NCBI GenBank assembly: GCA_031459625.1
Contig: JAVKIH010000020.1
Location: forward strand, 1-44,533
DNA: 44,533 nucleotides
Direction of reading: 5' to 3'
DNA from: Candidatus Geohabitans tengchongensis
Lineage (GTDB): Bacteria; Sysuimicrobiota; Sysuimicrobiia; Sysuimicrobiales; Humicultoraceae
Positions 34,694 to 44,533 of the stretch are shown here, in pieces. The notes under the pieces were generated by a model. The model was not told the DNA's origin. It ran no database searches and was given only the letters and a program-made list of their open reading frames with translations. How positions within the stretch are numbered: the stretch's first letter is position 1; every line of letters starts with the position of its first letter. The position numbers and the translations under genes are program-made.

Positions 34694-36195
34694 GGGCTCT
34701 GCCGCATCGCCCGTCCGCGGAACGTCATGTCCGGGACGCGCCCGGCGGGATCCATGGCCACCAGGGTGACTTCCACCGTCCGCACCAGCGTCGGGGTGGC
34801 GCACGAGATCGCCGTCCCGGCGTCGTCGAGGCAGGCGACCGTCAGGGAGCGGAAGGGCCCGCCCAGTGCCGCCAGAGGATCGTTACGAGCCCCGGCGACC
34901 TCTGGCCCGAGCGTGATCTGCGGTTCGCGGTCCACCAGCGTCCGCACGATGATGCGGTAGGACCGGTGATCCATCGGGTCATTCACCCCATTGACCAGGG
35001 CGATGTGGTTGCCCGAGGAGCGGAACGCACCCCGCAACCGCTCCGAGAGCCAGCCGCCCGGTTCGGCGTTCCCCTCCTGCCAGATCCGCGCGCGAAAGGT
35101 CCTCCCCAGCAGGTGCAGCCGGGCCAGGTAACGAACGTCGTTTGCGATTGCGACGCTCCCCTGGTCATCGAGGGGGGTTCCCGGATTACCCCAGCCCGGG
35201 GATTCCCACAGCCGAAGCTCGTCATTACTCTCCGTCCTGCCCGGTGTGACCCAATAGCCCTCACCGGCATCGCTCAGCCTGGCGCTCATCCCCACCTGCC
35301 GGCCGTTGTTGCTGCTCGCGACGGTGACAAACCCCCAGAGGATCTCCACGTCGTCGTGGACCAGAGCTTTGGATAGCTGCCGGTACGCATTTGGGCTGCC
35401 GGGGGTGGCGTCGACGAACCGGAGCCCTCCGGGGGAGGCGCTGTAGGTCCCGTCCCGCGTGTCGCGTCGGATCCACTCGCCGGTGTACATGGCGGTGCCG
35501 TCCTCGTCGACGAGGAAGACATGGTCGCCATTGGCCGGCGGGGGGCCCGCGGCGGGATTCCCGTAGTAGAGGTAGTAGTTGGCGTTCGTCGTGCCATCGG
35601 CCATGGCCGTCTGCAGCCGGAACCAGATCCGGGTGTCGTTCTGGTTCCAGCCGTGGAGGGGGTCGGGGTCCACCACCCGGTCCAGCTCGACGAGCCGCGT
35701 CCCCGTCCAGTAGCGCACGCGCACGTCGTCTCCGCTGGCCAGGCTCCGTCCTGCCCTCACCAGCGCCGCGTGGTTGAACTGCAGGACCACGCTGTACCCG
35801 GCCGGCACCGCATCCCGGGCTCGGACCGTGATTTGCCGCCGGTAGTCCCAGTTGTCGCGCCAGCGGTACCCCAGCTCCCCGGTGGCGCCGTTCAGGCTGT
35901 ACTCCACCGTGGGCGCGGCACCGGTGCCGTCGCCCCAAAAGAGCGTGAAGCGGATCATCCCCGGCGCCAGCGTCCGGAACGACTCTGCGGCGCGCACCTC
36001 GCGCAAGAGCCTGTCCAGGGCCACCCGGGCGGTCCGGCTCATCGCCTGTCGAGGGTCGGTCTCCTCGGCGATCAGCTGCCCCGTGCTCAGCAGCGGCAGC
36101 AACCCACCGACGACGAGCCCCAGCAGGAGCAGCGCCGCCAGCACCTCGAGGAGGGTGGCGCCGGTCTCAGGGGCGCGAGGTGACCTTGGTGGCAT
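34690..36195 (-). CDS. PilW-like minor pilin with an inserted DUF2341-like domain
   Basis: ETG|ATLLEVLAAL, ARVALDRLLREVR; internal WDYRRQITV...DDVRV...IWFRL...YYLYYGNP; C-terminal VRTVEVTL. Confidence 0.75.
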   Translation of the reverse strand: MPPRSPRAPETGATLLEVLAALLLLGLVVGGLLPLLSTGQLIAEETDPRQAMSRTARVALDRLLREVRAAESFRTLAPGMIRFTLFWGDGTGAAPTVEYSLNGATGELGYRWRDNWDYRRQITVRARDAVPAGYSVVLQFNHAALVRAGRSLASGDDVRVRYWTGTRLVELDRVVDPDPLHGWNQNDTRIWFRLQTAMADGTTNANYYLYYGNPAAGPPPANGDHVFLVDEDGTAMYTGEWIRRDTRDGTYSASPGGLRFVDATPGSPNAYRQLSKALVHDDVEILWGFVTVASSNNGRQVGMSARLSDAGEGYWVTPGRTESNDELRLWESPGWGNPGTPLDDQGSVAIANDVRYLARLHLLGRTFRARIWQEGNAEPGGWLSERLRGAFRSSGNHIALVNGVNDPMDHRSYRIIVRTLVDREPQITLGPEVAGARNDPLAALGGPFRSLTVACLDDAGTAISCATPTLVRTVEVTLVAMDPAGRVPDMTFRGRAMRQSP

Positions 36196-36583
36196 AGCCC
36201 ACCTGGGGCTCGGCCGCTCCGCAGGTGCCGTCGCCGTCCCCGTCCAGGCAGGCCGTCACCTGCACTGCCCGCAGCGAGCCCACCCCCGGCGACGGGCTGC
36301 TCCCTTCGACCTCGACCGTCCAGGTGAGCAGACACTGCGGTCGGTCCGAGCAGGGCTCGCTCCCGGAGGAGACGCTGGTGATGTCGGCGCGCAGGCGGGT
36401 GAGGATCTCCTCGGCCTTGCGGCTGGCGACGACGCCCAGCACCAGGTCGGTCTCCGCGCCGGCTGTCCCGGACAGGACCACGGGGTAGAGTTCCATCAGC
36501 GGCACCAGGGCCAGGCCGATGAGGACCACGGCCACCAGGAGCTCGACCAGGCTGGCGCCGCCCTCGCCCGCCGACGGCTTCAT
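36167..36583 (-). CDS. PilV-like minor pilin
   Basis: GEGG|ASLVELLVAVVLIG class III signal peptide; ATGA-coupled to the upstream gene. Confidence 0.8.
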   Translation of the reverse strand: MKPSAGEGGASLVELLVAVVLIGLALVPLMELYPVVLSGTAGAETDLVLGVVASRKAEEILTRLRADITSVSSGSEPCSDRPQCLLTWTVEVEGSSPSPGVGSLRAVQVTACLDGDGDGTCGAAEPQVGYATKVTSRP

Positions 36584-37023
36584 GGCAGCGTCAGGCGCAC
36601 GTGGCCCGTGGCCGCCACCACCTCGACCTGCCCCGAGACCGCTCCCACGCTGAAGCTGAGCAGGGCGGCGACGTCGGCCGCCCCCGACGGGGCGAAGGTC
36701 AGGCGCTCCGTGCCGGTGACGGTCACCCCGGCCGGCAGCGTCTTCGGGAAGTCGGGCTCGGTCGGGCCGCCGGCGGGCTGGACGGTGTAGCTGGTATAGG
36801 GGCCGCCGGGCGGGGTGAAGGTGACGACGTAATCGCGCCGGCGGGCGATGGCCAGCCGCCGGCTCATGGCCAGGTCGGCGGCCACGATCTGCGCAGCGCG
36901 CCGCACCTCGACCTCCGCGGGGGTCGCGAGCTGGGGCAGGGTGACCAGCAGCAGGAGGGCAAGGAGGGAGACGGCGATGATGACCTCGACGAACGAGACT
37001 CCCGCCTCGCCGACACCCCGCAT
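36580..37023 (-). CDS. FimT/FimU (GspH-like) minor pilin
   Basis: EAG|VSFVEVIIAV, AADLAMSRRLAI, LTFAPSG, ATGHVR. Confidence 0.8.
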   Translation of the reverse strand: MRGVGEAGVSFVEVIIAVSLLALLLLVTLPQLATPAEVEVRRAAQIVAADLAMSRRLAIARRRDYVVTFTPPGGPYTSYTVQPAGGPTEPDFPKTLPAGVTVTGTERLTFAPSGAADVAALLSFSVGAVSGQVEVVAATGHVRLTLP

Positions 37024-37035
37024 GCTCGTAGGGTT

Positions 37036-37059
37036 GGGGCTCGCCCGAAGGCGAGCCCC
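37036..37059 (-). other. Stable cUUCGg-tetraloop hairpin between the major and minor pilin genes
   Basis: GGGGCTCGCC / GGCGAGCCCC 10-bp stem; loop reads TTCG on the minus strand; no U tract. Confidence 0.6.
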
Positions 37060-37066
37060 GCCGGTC

Positions 37067-37438
37067 TCAGTCGTGTGAGTGGCTGGCCGGCAGTCGGCAC
37101 GAGCTCGCGCTGTAGGCGGCGACGTAGTCGTCGGCGTCGGGTGTGCCGTCTGCATCACGCGGGTCCACCGGGCTGCCATCCGGGAAGTACGCCGTGTCCG
37201 CCAGGAAGCTGGCAAAGGACGGCTGGGCCCCCTGGCCCGGGCAGGCGTTGTTCTTGAACCGGTACAGCGCCAGGGCCGCGTTGATCGCCCGCACGTTGGC
37301 GTTGTCCACGGCGACCTTGGCGTCGTTCTCCGCCCCGAAGTAGTTGGGCAGCGCCACCAGGACCAGGATGCCCAGCAGCAGCACGACGGCGAGTAGCTCG
37401 ACGAAGGTGAAGCCACCTTCTCTAGACGAGTCCTGCAT
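37067..37438 (-). CDS. Major type IV pilin (PilA/ComGC/GspG-like)
   Basis: EGG|FTFVELLAVVLLLGILVLVALP; strong AAAGGAGG RBS; 123 aa. Confidence 0.88.
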   Translation of the reverse strand: MQDSSREGGFTFVELLAVVLLLGILVLVALPNYFGAENDAKVAVDNANVRAINAALALYRFKNNACPGQGAQPSFASFLADTAYFPDGSPVDPRDADGTPDADDYVAAYSASSCRLPASHSHD

Positions 37439-37521
37439 TGCCTGTCCTCCTTTCTCATGTAGTACCAGGGCTATATGCCCGGCTTGCCATACACCGAGAC
37501 CCCCGGCCTGTGCCGTGCCGC

Positions 37522-38715
37522 TCAACGGGTGAGCGACCGACCCAGCCCGAAGATCGGCAGGTAGAGCGCCAGCAGTATGAAGCCGACGAGCGCCCCCAGG
37601 GCCAGCGTCAGCACCGGCTCGAGGAAGGCCAGCAGGCGGCGCACCGCGCGTTCGAACTCGCGGTCGAGGACCTCCCCGACCCGCACCACCATGGCGTCCA
37701 GCCGCCCCGACTCCTCGCCCAGGGCCACCATCCGCACCACCAGCGGCGGGAAGGTGCCGGTGGCGCGCATGCCCTCGCTGAGACGCCGCCCCTCACTGAT
37801 GGACGCCTGCAACGCTTCCGTCACCCGGGCGAATGCGGGGGAGGCGCCCGCCTCGCGCGCCACCTCGATGGCCGTCAGCACGGGCACCCCGCTCTGCAGC
37901 AGCGCGCCCAGGGCCTGGGTGAAGCGGGCCAGCTGCAGGGTGTGGGCCAGCCCACGGATCGGCCCCACCCGTTGCCCGAGGGCCAGCAGCGGCGCGGCCA
38001 CCGCCTCCCAGAAACGCCGGCGCACCGGGGGCAGCAGGACGACCGGCACCCCGGCGACCAGGACGAGGAGGTTCGCCCGCACCAGGCGGCTGGCCATGAC
38101 TAGGGCCTGTGTCAGCGCCGGCAGTTCCGCCCCGGCGCTGCGGTAGACCCGGTCGAAGGCCGGGATGATCACCGCGAGGAAGACGCCCAGGACCGCCAGC
38201 GCCAGGACCAAGACGAACCCGGGGTAGAGCAGGGCGTCGCGGACGCGGCGGCGGAATTCCAGCTCCCGCTCCAGATAGGCGGCCAGCCGGGCCAGGGCCT
38301 CGTCCAGGCGGCCCCCCACCTCGCCGCTGCGGACGATGCCCACGACGACGGGGGAGAAGACGTCCGGCCGCCGGGCCATGGCGGCCGAGAGCTGGCGGCC
38401 CTCCTGGATGTCGGCGGCCAGGGCCTCGACCAGTGCCCGCAGGCGTGGGTCGTCCAGCTGCTCGGCCAGGGCCTGGAACCCCTGCAGCAGCGGCAGCCCC
38501 GCCCCCACCAGGGTGGCCAGGTGGTATGCCAGGAGGGCGACATCCGCGACGGTTCGCGTCGTTCCCCGCCGGGGCGGCCGCCGTTCCGTCAGCGCGGTGA
38601 CGAACAGCCCCTGCTGCCGGAGCCAGGCGCGGGCCTCGGCGTCGGTGAGCGCCTCTACCTGGCCGCGGACCAGGGCGCTGCGCGCGTCCCGCGAGACGTA
38701 CTCGAAGCTCGGCAT
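37522..38715 (-). CDS. pilC: Type IV pilus platform protein PilC/GspF
   Basis: LATLVGAGLPL, GEVGGRLD, ALLYP, GEESGRLD, LEPVL, LYLPIF. Confidence 0.93.
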   Translation of the reverse strand: MPSFEYVSRDARSALVRGQVEALTDAEARAWLRQQGLFVTALTERRPPRRGTTRTVADVALLAYHLATLVGAGLPLLQGFQALAEQLDDPRLRALVEALAADIQEGRQLSAAMARRPDVFSPVVVGIVRSGEVGGRLDEALARLAAYLERELEFRRRVRDALLYPGFVLVLALAVLGVFLAVIIPAFDRVYRSAGAELPALTQALVMASRLVRANLLVLVAGVPVVLLPPVRRRFWEAVAAPLLALGQRVGPIRGLAHTLQLARFTQALGALLQSGVPVLTAIEVAREAGASPAFARVTEALQASISEGRRLSEGMRATGTFPPLVVRMVALGEESGRLDAMVVRVGEVLDREFERAVRRLLAFLEPVLTLALGALVGFILLALYLPIFGLGRSLTR

Positions 38716-38719
38716 CCCC

Positions 38720-40606
38720 TCACTCCACCTCCGCGAGGACCAGCCGCTGCAGCTCCTCCAGGCTGGTCACGCCCTCGAGGACCTTGCGCACCGCCGCCTG
38801 GCGGAGGGAGAGCATCTCCGCCTCCCGCGCCGCGGCCTGGATCGCCCGGGCCGGGCGGCGCTCCAGGACCATCTCGCGGATGGTGTCGTTGAGCACGAGG
38901 ATCTCGAAGACGCCCGTCCGTCCGTGGTAGCCGATGCCGCCGCACTCCGGGCACCCGACCGGGCGGTAGAGGGTCACCCGCCGGTCGGGAGGCAGGTCGA
39001 GGAGGCGCAGCTCGGCCTCCCGGGCCCGGGTGCGCCGCCGGCACGCCGAGCACAGGATGCGCACCAGCCGCTGCCCCAGCACGGCGATCACTGAGGAGGT
39101 CAGCAGGTAGGGCTCGATGCGCATCTCCATCAGCCGCACCAGCGCCCCGGCGGCGCTGCTGGTGTGCAGGGTGCTGAGCACCAGGTGCCCGGTGAGGGCG
39201 GCCTGGACGGCGATGGCGGCCGTCTCCGCGTCGCGGATCTCCCCGACCATCACGATGTCGGGGTCCTGGCGCAGGATCGCCCGCAGCCCCACCCCGAAGG
39301 TGATCCCGGCCTTCTCCCGCACGGGGATCTGGGCGATCCCTGGCAGCCGGTACTCCACCGGGTCTTCGATGGTCATGATGTTGCGGGTGCGCTGGTTCAG
39401 GTGGCTGAGGGCGGCGTACAGCGTCGTCGTCTTGCCACTCCCCGTCGGCCCGGTGACCAGCAGCATGCCATGCGGACGTTGCAGGAGCGCCTGCAGCAGC
39501 TCCTGCTGCTCGAGGAAGAGACCCAGCCGCCCCAGCCCGAGGAGGACGGTCCGGGTGCTGAGCAGCCGGACGGCCACGCGCTCACCGAAGGCCGTCCCCA
39601 CCGTGGCCACGCGCAGGTCGACCTCGCGCCCCTCCACGGAGAGGACGATGCGGCCGTCCTGTGGGCGCGTGCGCTCGGAGATGTCCATCCCGGCCAGCAC
39701 CTTCAGCCGCGAGATGACCGCAGCGGCCGCGCCCCGGGGCAGGAGGGTCTTGTCGTAGAGGACGCCGTCGATGCGGAAGCGCACCCGGGCGCGCTCCACG
39801 TCGGGCTCGATGTGGACGTCGGTGGCCCCGCTGCGCAGGGCGTCCAGGATGATCGAGTTGAGGACGCGAACGACCGGCGCCTCGTCCGCGACGTCCGCCA
39901 CGGCCACGGGACGGGCGGCGTCCCCCTCGCCCTCCCCGACCGGCAGGCCGGGGAGGCTCTCACCCACCCGGCGGTCGACGTCGAAGAAGCGGCTGAGCGC
40001 CCAGTCGAAATCCCGCTCGGTGATGAGGAAGGGCCGCACCCGCCCCCGCAGCAGGCGGCCCACGATGTCCATGGCCACCACGTCGGTGGGGTCGAGCATG
40101 GCCAGGTGGATCTCCCCCCCGGCGCGGCCCAGCGGCAGCACCTTGTGCTGGATGACCACCCATTCCGGGAGGCGGCGGACCAGCCCCTCGTCGATGGGGT
40201 AGGCGGGGAGGTTGACGTAGGGGATGCCTCGCTGGGCCTCGAGGAACTGCCCCAGCGTCTGCTTGGAGACGTACCCCCGCTCGAGCAGGATCCTCCCGAG
40301 GCGGTCGCCGGTCTGGGCCTGCTCGGCCAGGGCCTCCTGCAACTGGTGGGGGGTGAGGATCCCGGCTTCCACCAGCATGGCCCCCAGGAGGCGGCGGCGG
40401 GGGCCCGCGCTGTACCGCACCTCTCCCTCGGGGCCGGCCTTGCGGGTGAGGTTCCCCAGGCGGGCCAGGGTCTCCAGCTCGGCGGCCACCTCCTCGACCG
40501 GAGCGCCGAGCTGACCGGCCAGGAGGTGGGCGGTCACCTCCTCAGCGTCGGCGCGGTGGTCGTCGAAGTGGGCCAGGATGCGACGCTGCAGGGTGTTCTG
40601 GGCCAT
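38720..40606 (-). CDS. pilB: Type IV pilus assembly ATPase PilB/GspE with MshEN domain and an extra N-terminal domain
   Basis: ATDVHIEP, ERTRPQDGR, GPTGSGKT, IEDPVE, LRQDPDIVMVGEIRD, CSAC/CPEC zinc motif; tandem MshEN motifs. Confidence 0.93.
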   Translation of the reverse strand: MAQNTLQRRILAHFDDHRADAEEVTAHLLAGQLGAPVEEVAAELETLARLGNLTRKAGPEGEVRYSAGPRRRLLGAMLVEAGILTPHQLQEALAEQAQTGDRLGRILLERGYVSKQTLGQFLEAQRGIPYVNLPAYPIDEGLVRRLPEWVVIQHKVLPLGRAGGEIHLAMLDPTDVVAMDIVGRLLRGRVRPFLITERDFDWALSRFFDVDRRVGESLPGLPVGEGEGDAARPVAVADVADEAPVVRVLNSIILDALRSGATDVHIEPDVERARVRFRIDGVLYDKTLLPRGAAAAVISRLKVLAGMDISERTRPQDGRIVLSVEGREVDLRVATVGTAFGERVAVRLLSTRTVLLGLGRLGLFLEQQELLQALLQRPHGMLLVTGPTGSGKTTTLYAALSHLNQRTRNIMTIEDPVEYRLPGIAQIPVREKAGITFGVGLRAILRQDPDIVMVGEIRDAETAAIAVQAALTGHLVLSTLHTSSAAGALVRLMEMRIEPYLLTSSVIAVLGQRLVRILCSACRRRTRAREAELRLLDLPPDRRVTLYRPVGCPECGGIGYHGRTGVFEILVLNDTIREMVLERRPARAIQAAAREAEMLSLRQAAVRKVLEGVTSLEELQRLVLAEVE

Positions 40607-40696
40607 TCGACCACCATCCGTATGCTCAATTAGGGGAAGCTTCAGACGTTCCCGGGTCAGGGCGGTTGGGATGCTCCAGGGGCTCCGGACCGCCCT

Positions 40697-40725
40697 TTGA
40701 CATCCCCAAAGAGGGGTGCTATCCT
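40697..40725 (+). promoter_or_regulatory. Sigma70 promoter of the L7Ae-rpsL operon
   Basis: TTGACA (40697-40702), 17-nt spacer, extended -10 TG-C-TATCCT (40720-40725). Confidence 0.75.
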
Positions 40726-40740
40726 TCCTCGGGTTACGCC

Positions 40741-41103
40741 ATGGCCGAACAGGCTGAGGTGCGTGGCCCACAGGACGCCGGCGGGTCCCAGGAGGGGCTG
40801 GAGCGGATCCGGCACGCGCCAGCCCGCGCCGTGGGCGCCAACCAGACGCTCAAGGCGGTGGAGCGGGGCCGGGCGGTCCTGGTGGTCGTCGCCCGGGACG
40901 CCGACCGGCGGGTGACCGAACCGGTCCTCCGGGCGGCGCAGGCGCGGGGCGTGCCTGTCCTCGAGGTGGACGGGATGCGTGACCTGGGCCGCGCCTGCGG
41001 GATCGCCGTGGGCGCCTCTGCCGCGGCGGTCGTGAGGCCGACAATACCGCCGGAGGCCGGTGGCGATCCGGCGGACGAGACGGGGCTCTCCACCGTACCG
41101 TAG
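40741..41103 (+). CDS. L7Ae/L30e-family K-turn binding protein (YbxF-like)
   Basis: VGANQTLKAV, VVVARDAD, DLGRACGIAVGASAAA; located before rpsL. Confidence 0.92.
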   Translation: MAEQAEVRGPQDAGGSQEGLERIRHAPARAVGANQTLKAVERGRAVLVVVARDADRRVTEPVLRAAQARGVPVLEVDGMRDLGRACGIAVGASAAAVVRPTIPPEAGGDPADETGLSTVP

Positions 41104-41359
41104 CATCGCTCCCCGTCCCCTCGGAGAGGCCCTTGGATGCGCCGCAGGGCACCAGCCTGGGTGCCTCGTATGGCGCAGCGTCAATCGCAGGGAGACGAAG
41201 ACGTAGCGATAATCCGGGCCGCCGGTCCGGACATCGCACGGGCTTCCGCCCCTCGGCCGGGTCCGGGGGGTGCCGTCTCTCTACGGTCCGTCGCGGGCGT
41301 GACCGTGACGGGAGGGAGCGGGGAGGGACCGTGACCGTGCCCGAGGAGGCGAGGAACGC

Positions 41360-41737
41360 GTGCCGACGATTGCCCAACTGGTGCGCCACGGGCGGGAGCC
41401 GCTCCGCGGCAAGAGCAAGTCGCCTGCGCTGCAGGGCAGCCCGCAAAAGCGGGGCGTCTGCATCCAGGTGAAGACGACGACGCCCAAGAAGCCGAACTCG
41501 GCGCTGCGGAAGATCGCCCGGGTGCGGCTGACCAACGGGATGGAGGTGACCGCCTACATCCCGGGGATCGGGCACAACCTGCAGGAGCACTCGGTCGTCC
41601 TCATCCGCGGCGGGCGGGTGAAGGACCTGCCGGGCATCCGCTACCACATCATTCGCGGCGCGCTCGACGCCGCGGGGGTGGCCGAGCGCCGGCGGGGCCG
41701 GTCGAAGTACGGGGCCAAGCGCCCGAAGACGGCCTGA
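41360..41737 (+). CDS. rpsL: 30S ribosomal protein S12
   Basis: [31 protein letters not shown] start. Confidence 0.99.
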   Translation: MPTIAQLVRHGREPLRGKSKSPALQGSPQKRGVCIQVKTTTPKKPNSALRKIARVRLTNGMEVTAYIPGIGHNLQEHSVVLIRGGRVKDLPGIRYHIIRGALDAAGVAERRRGRSKYGAKRPKTA

Positions 41738-41755
41738 GGCGGAGCGGGAGGAGCG

Positions 41756-42229
41756 ATGCCACGCAAGGGTCCGGTGCCGCAGCGCGAGATCCCGGGCGAT
41801 CCGGTCTACGGGAACTCGGTGGTGGCCCGCCTGATCAACCGGGTGATGGAGCGCGGCAAGAAGAGCCTGGCCGAGCGGATCGTCTACCAGGCCTTCCGCG
41901 AGGTGCAGGAGAAGGCGGGGCAGGACCCGGTCAAGGTGCTGGACCGGGCCCTGCAAAACGTCATGCCGGTCCTGGAGGTGCGGCCGCGCCGGGTGGGCGG
42001 GGCGACCTACCAGGTGCCGGTGGAGGTGCGCCCGGAGCGGCGGCTGTCGCTGGGGCTGCGCTGGCTGGTGGTCTACGCCCGACAGCGCAAGGACCGGCGG
42101 GGCATGCCGGCCAAGCTGGCGGCGGAGCTCCTGGACGCCGCCGCGGGCCAGGGCGGCGCCGTGAAGAAGCGGGAGGACACGCACCGGATGGCCGAGGCCA
42201 ACAAGGCGTTCGCGCACTATCGGTGGTAA
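41756..42229 (+). CDS. rpsG: 30S ribosomal protein S7
   Basis: [24 protein letters not shown]. Confidence 0.99.
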   Translation: MPRKGPVPQREIPGDPVYGNSVVARLINRVMERGKKSLAERIVYQAFREVQEKAGQDPVKVLDRALQNVMPVLEVRPRRVGGATYQVPVEVRPERRLSLGLRWLVVYARQRKDRRGMPAKLAAELLDAAAGQGGAVKKREDTHRMAEANKAFAHYRW

Positions 42230-42313
42230 GTGGCCGTCCGGCCGGGCGTCGTCCGGGCGGGCGGGGCGCGGCGGGCGGATCGTGACGGGAGTGCGATGGC
42301 TGTGAGTGTGGTC

Positions 42314-44395
42314 ATGACAGCGAAAATCGGACTGCAGCGGACGCGCAACATCGGCATCGTCGCCCACATCGACGCGGGGAAGACGACGACGACGGAGCGC
42401 ATCCTCTTCTACACCGGTCGCGTGCACCGGCTGGGCGAGGTGGACGAGGGCTCCGCCACCATGGACTGGATGGTCCAGGAGCGCGAGCGGGGCATCACCA
42501 TCACCTCGGCCGCCACCACCTGCCTGTGGCGGGACCACCGCATCAACATCATCGACACGCCCGGGCACGTGGACTTCACCGTGGAGGTGGAGCGGTCGCT
42601 GCGGGTCCTCGACGGCGCCGTCGTCCTGGTGACGGCGGTGGAGGGGGTGCAGCCGCAGTCGGAGACGGTCTGGCGGCAGGCCGACCGCTACCGCGTCCCG
42701 CGCATCGTCTTCGTGAACAAGATGGACCGCGTCGGGGCGGACTTCCTGCGCGTCGTGCACATGCTGCGGGAACGCCTGGGCGCCCCCGCCGTCCCGGTGC
42801 AGCTGCCCATCGGTGCCGAGGAGGACTTCCGTGGCGTCGTCGACCTCATCCGCATGCGCTCCATCATCTACCTGGACGACCTGGGGACGCGGTCGGACGA
42901 GACGGCCATCCCCGAGGCGCTGCGGCCGCAGGCGGAGGCCCTGCGGGAGCGCCTGGTGGAGGCGGCGGCCGAGCTCGACGAGGCGCTGCTGCACAAGTAC
43001 CTGGAGGGCGAGCCCATCGGCGAGGAGGAGCTGCGGGCCGCCCTGCGGCAGGGCACCCTCGCCTCCCGACTCGTCCCCGTGCTCTGCGGCAGCGCCTTCC
43101 GCAACAAGGGGGTCCAGCCGCTGCTGGACGCCATCGTCGACTACCTCCCCTCGCCCCTGGACCTCCCGCCGGTGCAGGGGGTCGACCCGCGCACAGGGGA
43201 GGCCGTCGTGCGCCACCCCAGCGAGGAGGAACCCTTCACCGCCCTGGCCTTCAAGATCGTCAGCGACCCCTACGTGGGGAAGCTGACCTACTTCCGCGTC
43301 TACGCCGGGCGGCTGCGCGCGGGCTCCTACGTCTACAACAGCACCAAGGGGCAGCGCGAGCGCGTCTCCCGCATCCTGCAGATGCACGCCAACCACCGGG
43401 AGGACATCCCGGAGGTCACCGCCGGGAACGTCGTGGCCGCGGTCGGGCTGCGGATCACCACCACCGGGGACACGCTGTGCGACGAGCAGTCCCCCATCGT
43501 GCTGGAGGCCATCCAGTTCCCGGAGCCGGTGATCGCCGTGGCCGTCGAGCCCAAGACGAAGGCCGACGAGGACAAGCTCGCCGCCGCCCTGGCGAAGCTG
43601 GCCGAGGAGGACCCCACCTTCAAGGTGCGCTACGACCGCGAGACCGGCCAGACGCTCATCGCCGGCATGGGCGAGCTGCACCTGGAGATCATCGTCGACC
43701 GGCTGCTGCGGGAGTTCAAGGTCGAGGCCAACGTCGGCCGCCCGCAGGTGGCCTACAAGGAGACCATCCGCGGCCCGGCGCGGGCGGAGGGGCGCTACAT
43801 CCGCCAGACCGGGGGGCGGGGCCAGTACGGCCACGTCGTCCTGGCGCTGGAGCCGCTGCCGCGCGGTCAGGGGATCGAGTTCGTCGACCGGATCACCGGC
43901 GGGGTCATCCCCCGCGAGTTCATCCCGGCCGTGGAGGCGGGGGTGCGGGAGGCCGCCGAGGCGGGGATCCTGGCCGGCTACCCGGTCGTGGACGTCCGGG
44001 CCACGCTGCTCGACGGCTCCGCCCACGAGGTGGACTCCAGCGAGATGGCGTTCAAGATCGCCGCCTCCCTGGCCTTCAAGGAGGCGGCGCAGCGGGCCGG
44101 CCCGGTGCTGCTCGAGCCCATGATGAAGGTGGAGGTCATCACCCCGGAGACGTACCTGGGCGAGGTGATCAGCGACCTGAACGCCCGCCGGGGCCGCATC
44201 GTGGCCATGGAGGCGCAGGGCACGGCCCGGGTGGTCCGGGCGATCGTGCCGCTGGCGGAGATGTTCGGGTACGCGACGACGGTGCGGTCCATCACGCAGG
44301 GCCGGGCGACCTACACCATGGAGCCCTCGCACTACGAGGAGGTCCCGGCCCAGATCGCCGAGCAGGTGAAGGGGCAGGTGGCGGCGCGCGCGTAG
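42314..44395 (+). CDS. fusA: Elongation factor G
   Basis: [46 protein letters not shown]. Confidence 0.99.
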   Translation: MTAKIGLQRTRNIGIVAHIDAGKTTTTERILFYTGRVHRLGEVDEGSATMDWMVQERERGITITSAATTCLWRDHRINIIDTPGHVDFTVEVERSLRVLDGAVVLVTAVEGVQPQSETVWRQADRYRVPRIVFVNKMDRVGADFLRVVHMLRERLGAPAVPVQLPIGAEEDFRGVVDLIRMRSIIYLDDLGTRSDETAIPEALRPQAEALRERLVEAAAELDEALLHKYLEGEPIGEEELRAALRQGTLASRLVPVLCGSAFRNKGVQPLLDAIVDYLPSPLDLPPVQGVDPRTGEAVVRHPSEEEPFTALAFKIVSDPYVGKLTYFRVYAGRLRAGSYVYNSTKGQRERVSRILQMHANHREDIPEVTAGNVVAAVGLRITTTGDTLCDEQSPIVLEAIQFPEPVIAVAVEPKTKADEDKLAAALAKLAEEDPTFKVRYDRETGQTLIAGMGELHLEIIVDRLLREFKVEANVGRPQVAYKETIRGPARAEGRYIRQTGGRGQYGHVVLALEPLPRGQGIEFVDRITGGVIPREFIPAVEAGVREAAEAGILAGYPVVDVRATLLDGSAHEVDSSEMAFKIAASLAFKEAAQRAGPVLLEPMMKVEVITPETYLGEVISDLNARRGRIVAMEAQGTARVVRAIVPLAEMFGYATTVRSITQGRATYTMEPSHYEEVPAQIAEQVKGQVAARA

Positions 44396-44533
<138 letters not shown>

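Noticed and set aside
37440..37520. c-di-GMP-I riboswitch or sigma54 promoter upstream of the major pilin (GGCAAGCCGGGC...GCCCTGG on the minus strand)
   Set aside because: It lacks the GNRA loop and the second GCAAA stem of the riboswitch, and the GG-to-GC spacing does not fit -24/-12.

Overview
High-GC bacterial chromosomal segment, probably Terrabacteria. This is inferred from the short RpoB/RpoC, an L7Ae/YbxF gene before rpsL, and L1 and L10 leaders; an Armatimonadota-like lineage is plausible but cannot be shown here. The backbone is the conserved cluster tRNA-Thr-tuf-rpmG-tRNA-Trp-secE-nusG-rplKAJL-rpoBC-L7Ae-rpsL-rpsG-fusA-tuf (second tuf truncated by the window end). Two blocks interrupt it. 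One is a ~4.7 kb block between tRNA-Trp and secE with a Zn-ribbon ImmA/IrrE-like peptidase, an AAA-ATPase relic and a cyclase-AAA-TPR gene with an in-frame TAG. The other is a ~8 kb opposite-strand type IV pilus operon between rpoC and the L7Ae gene. The left 15 kb holds a lower-GC AHL-lactonase-like gene followed by an attC-like hairpin, a MacB/LolCDE-type ABC operon, tRNA-Gly/Cys/Leu(UAA), a HEAT + HD-GYP pair, lhgO, a REC-GGDEF cyclase and a PAS histidine kinase. The strongest novelty candidate is the ABC operon: one permease appears split into two complementary genes, with the N-half fused to an AttH/lipocalin-like domain and the C-half carrying its own signal peptide. Next is a possible c-di-GMP / rare-TTA-codon / pilus circuit. 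All calls are by eye; no database searches were run.
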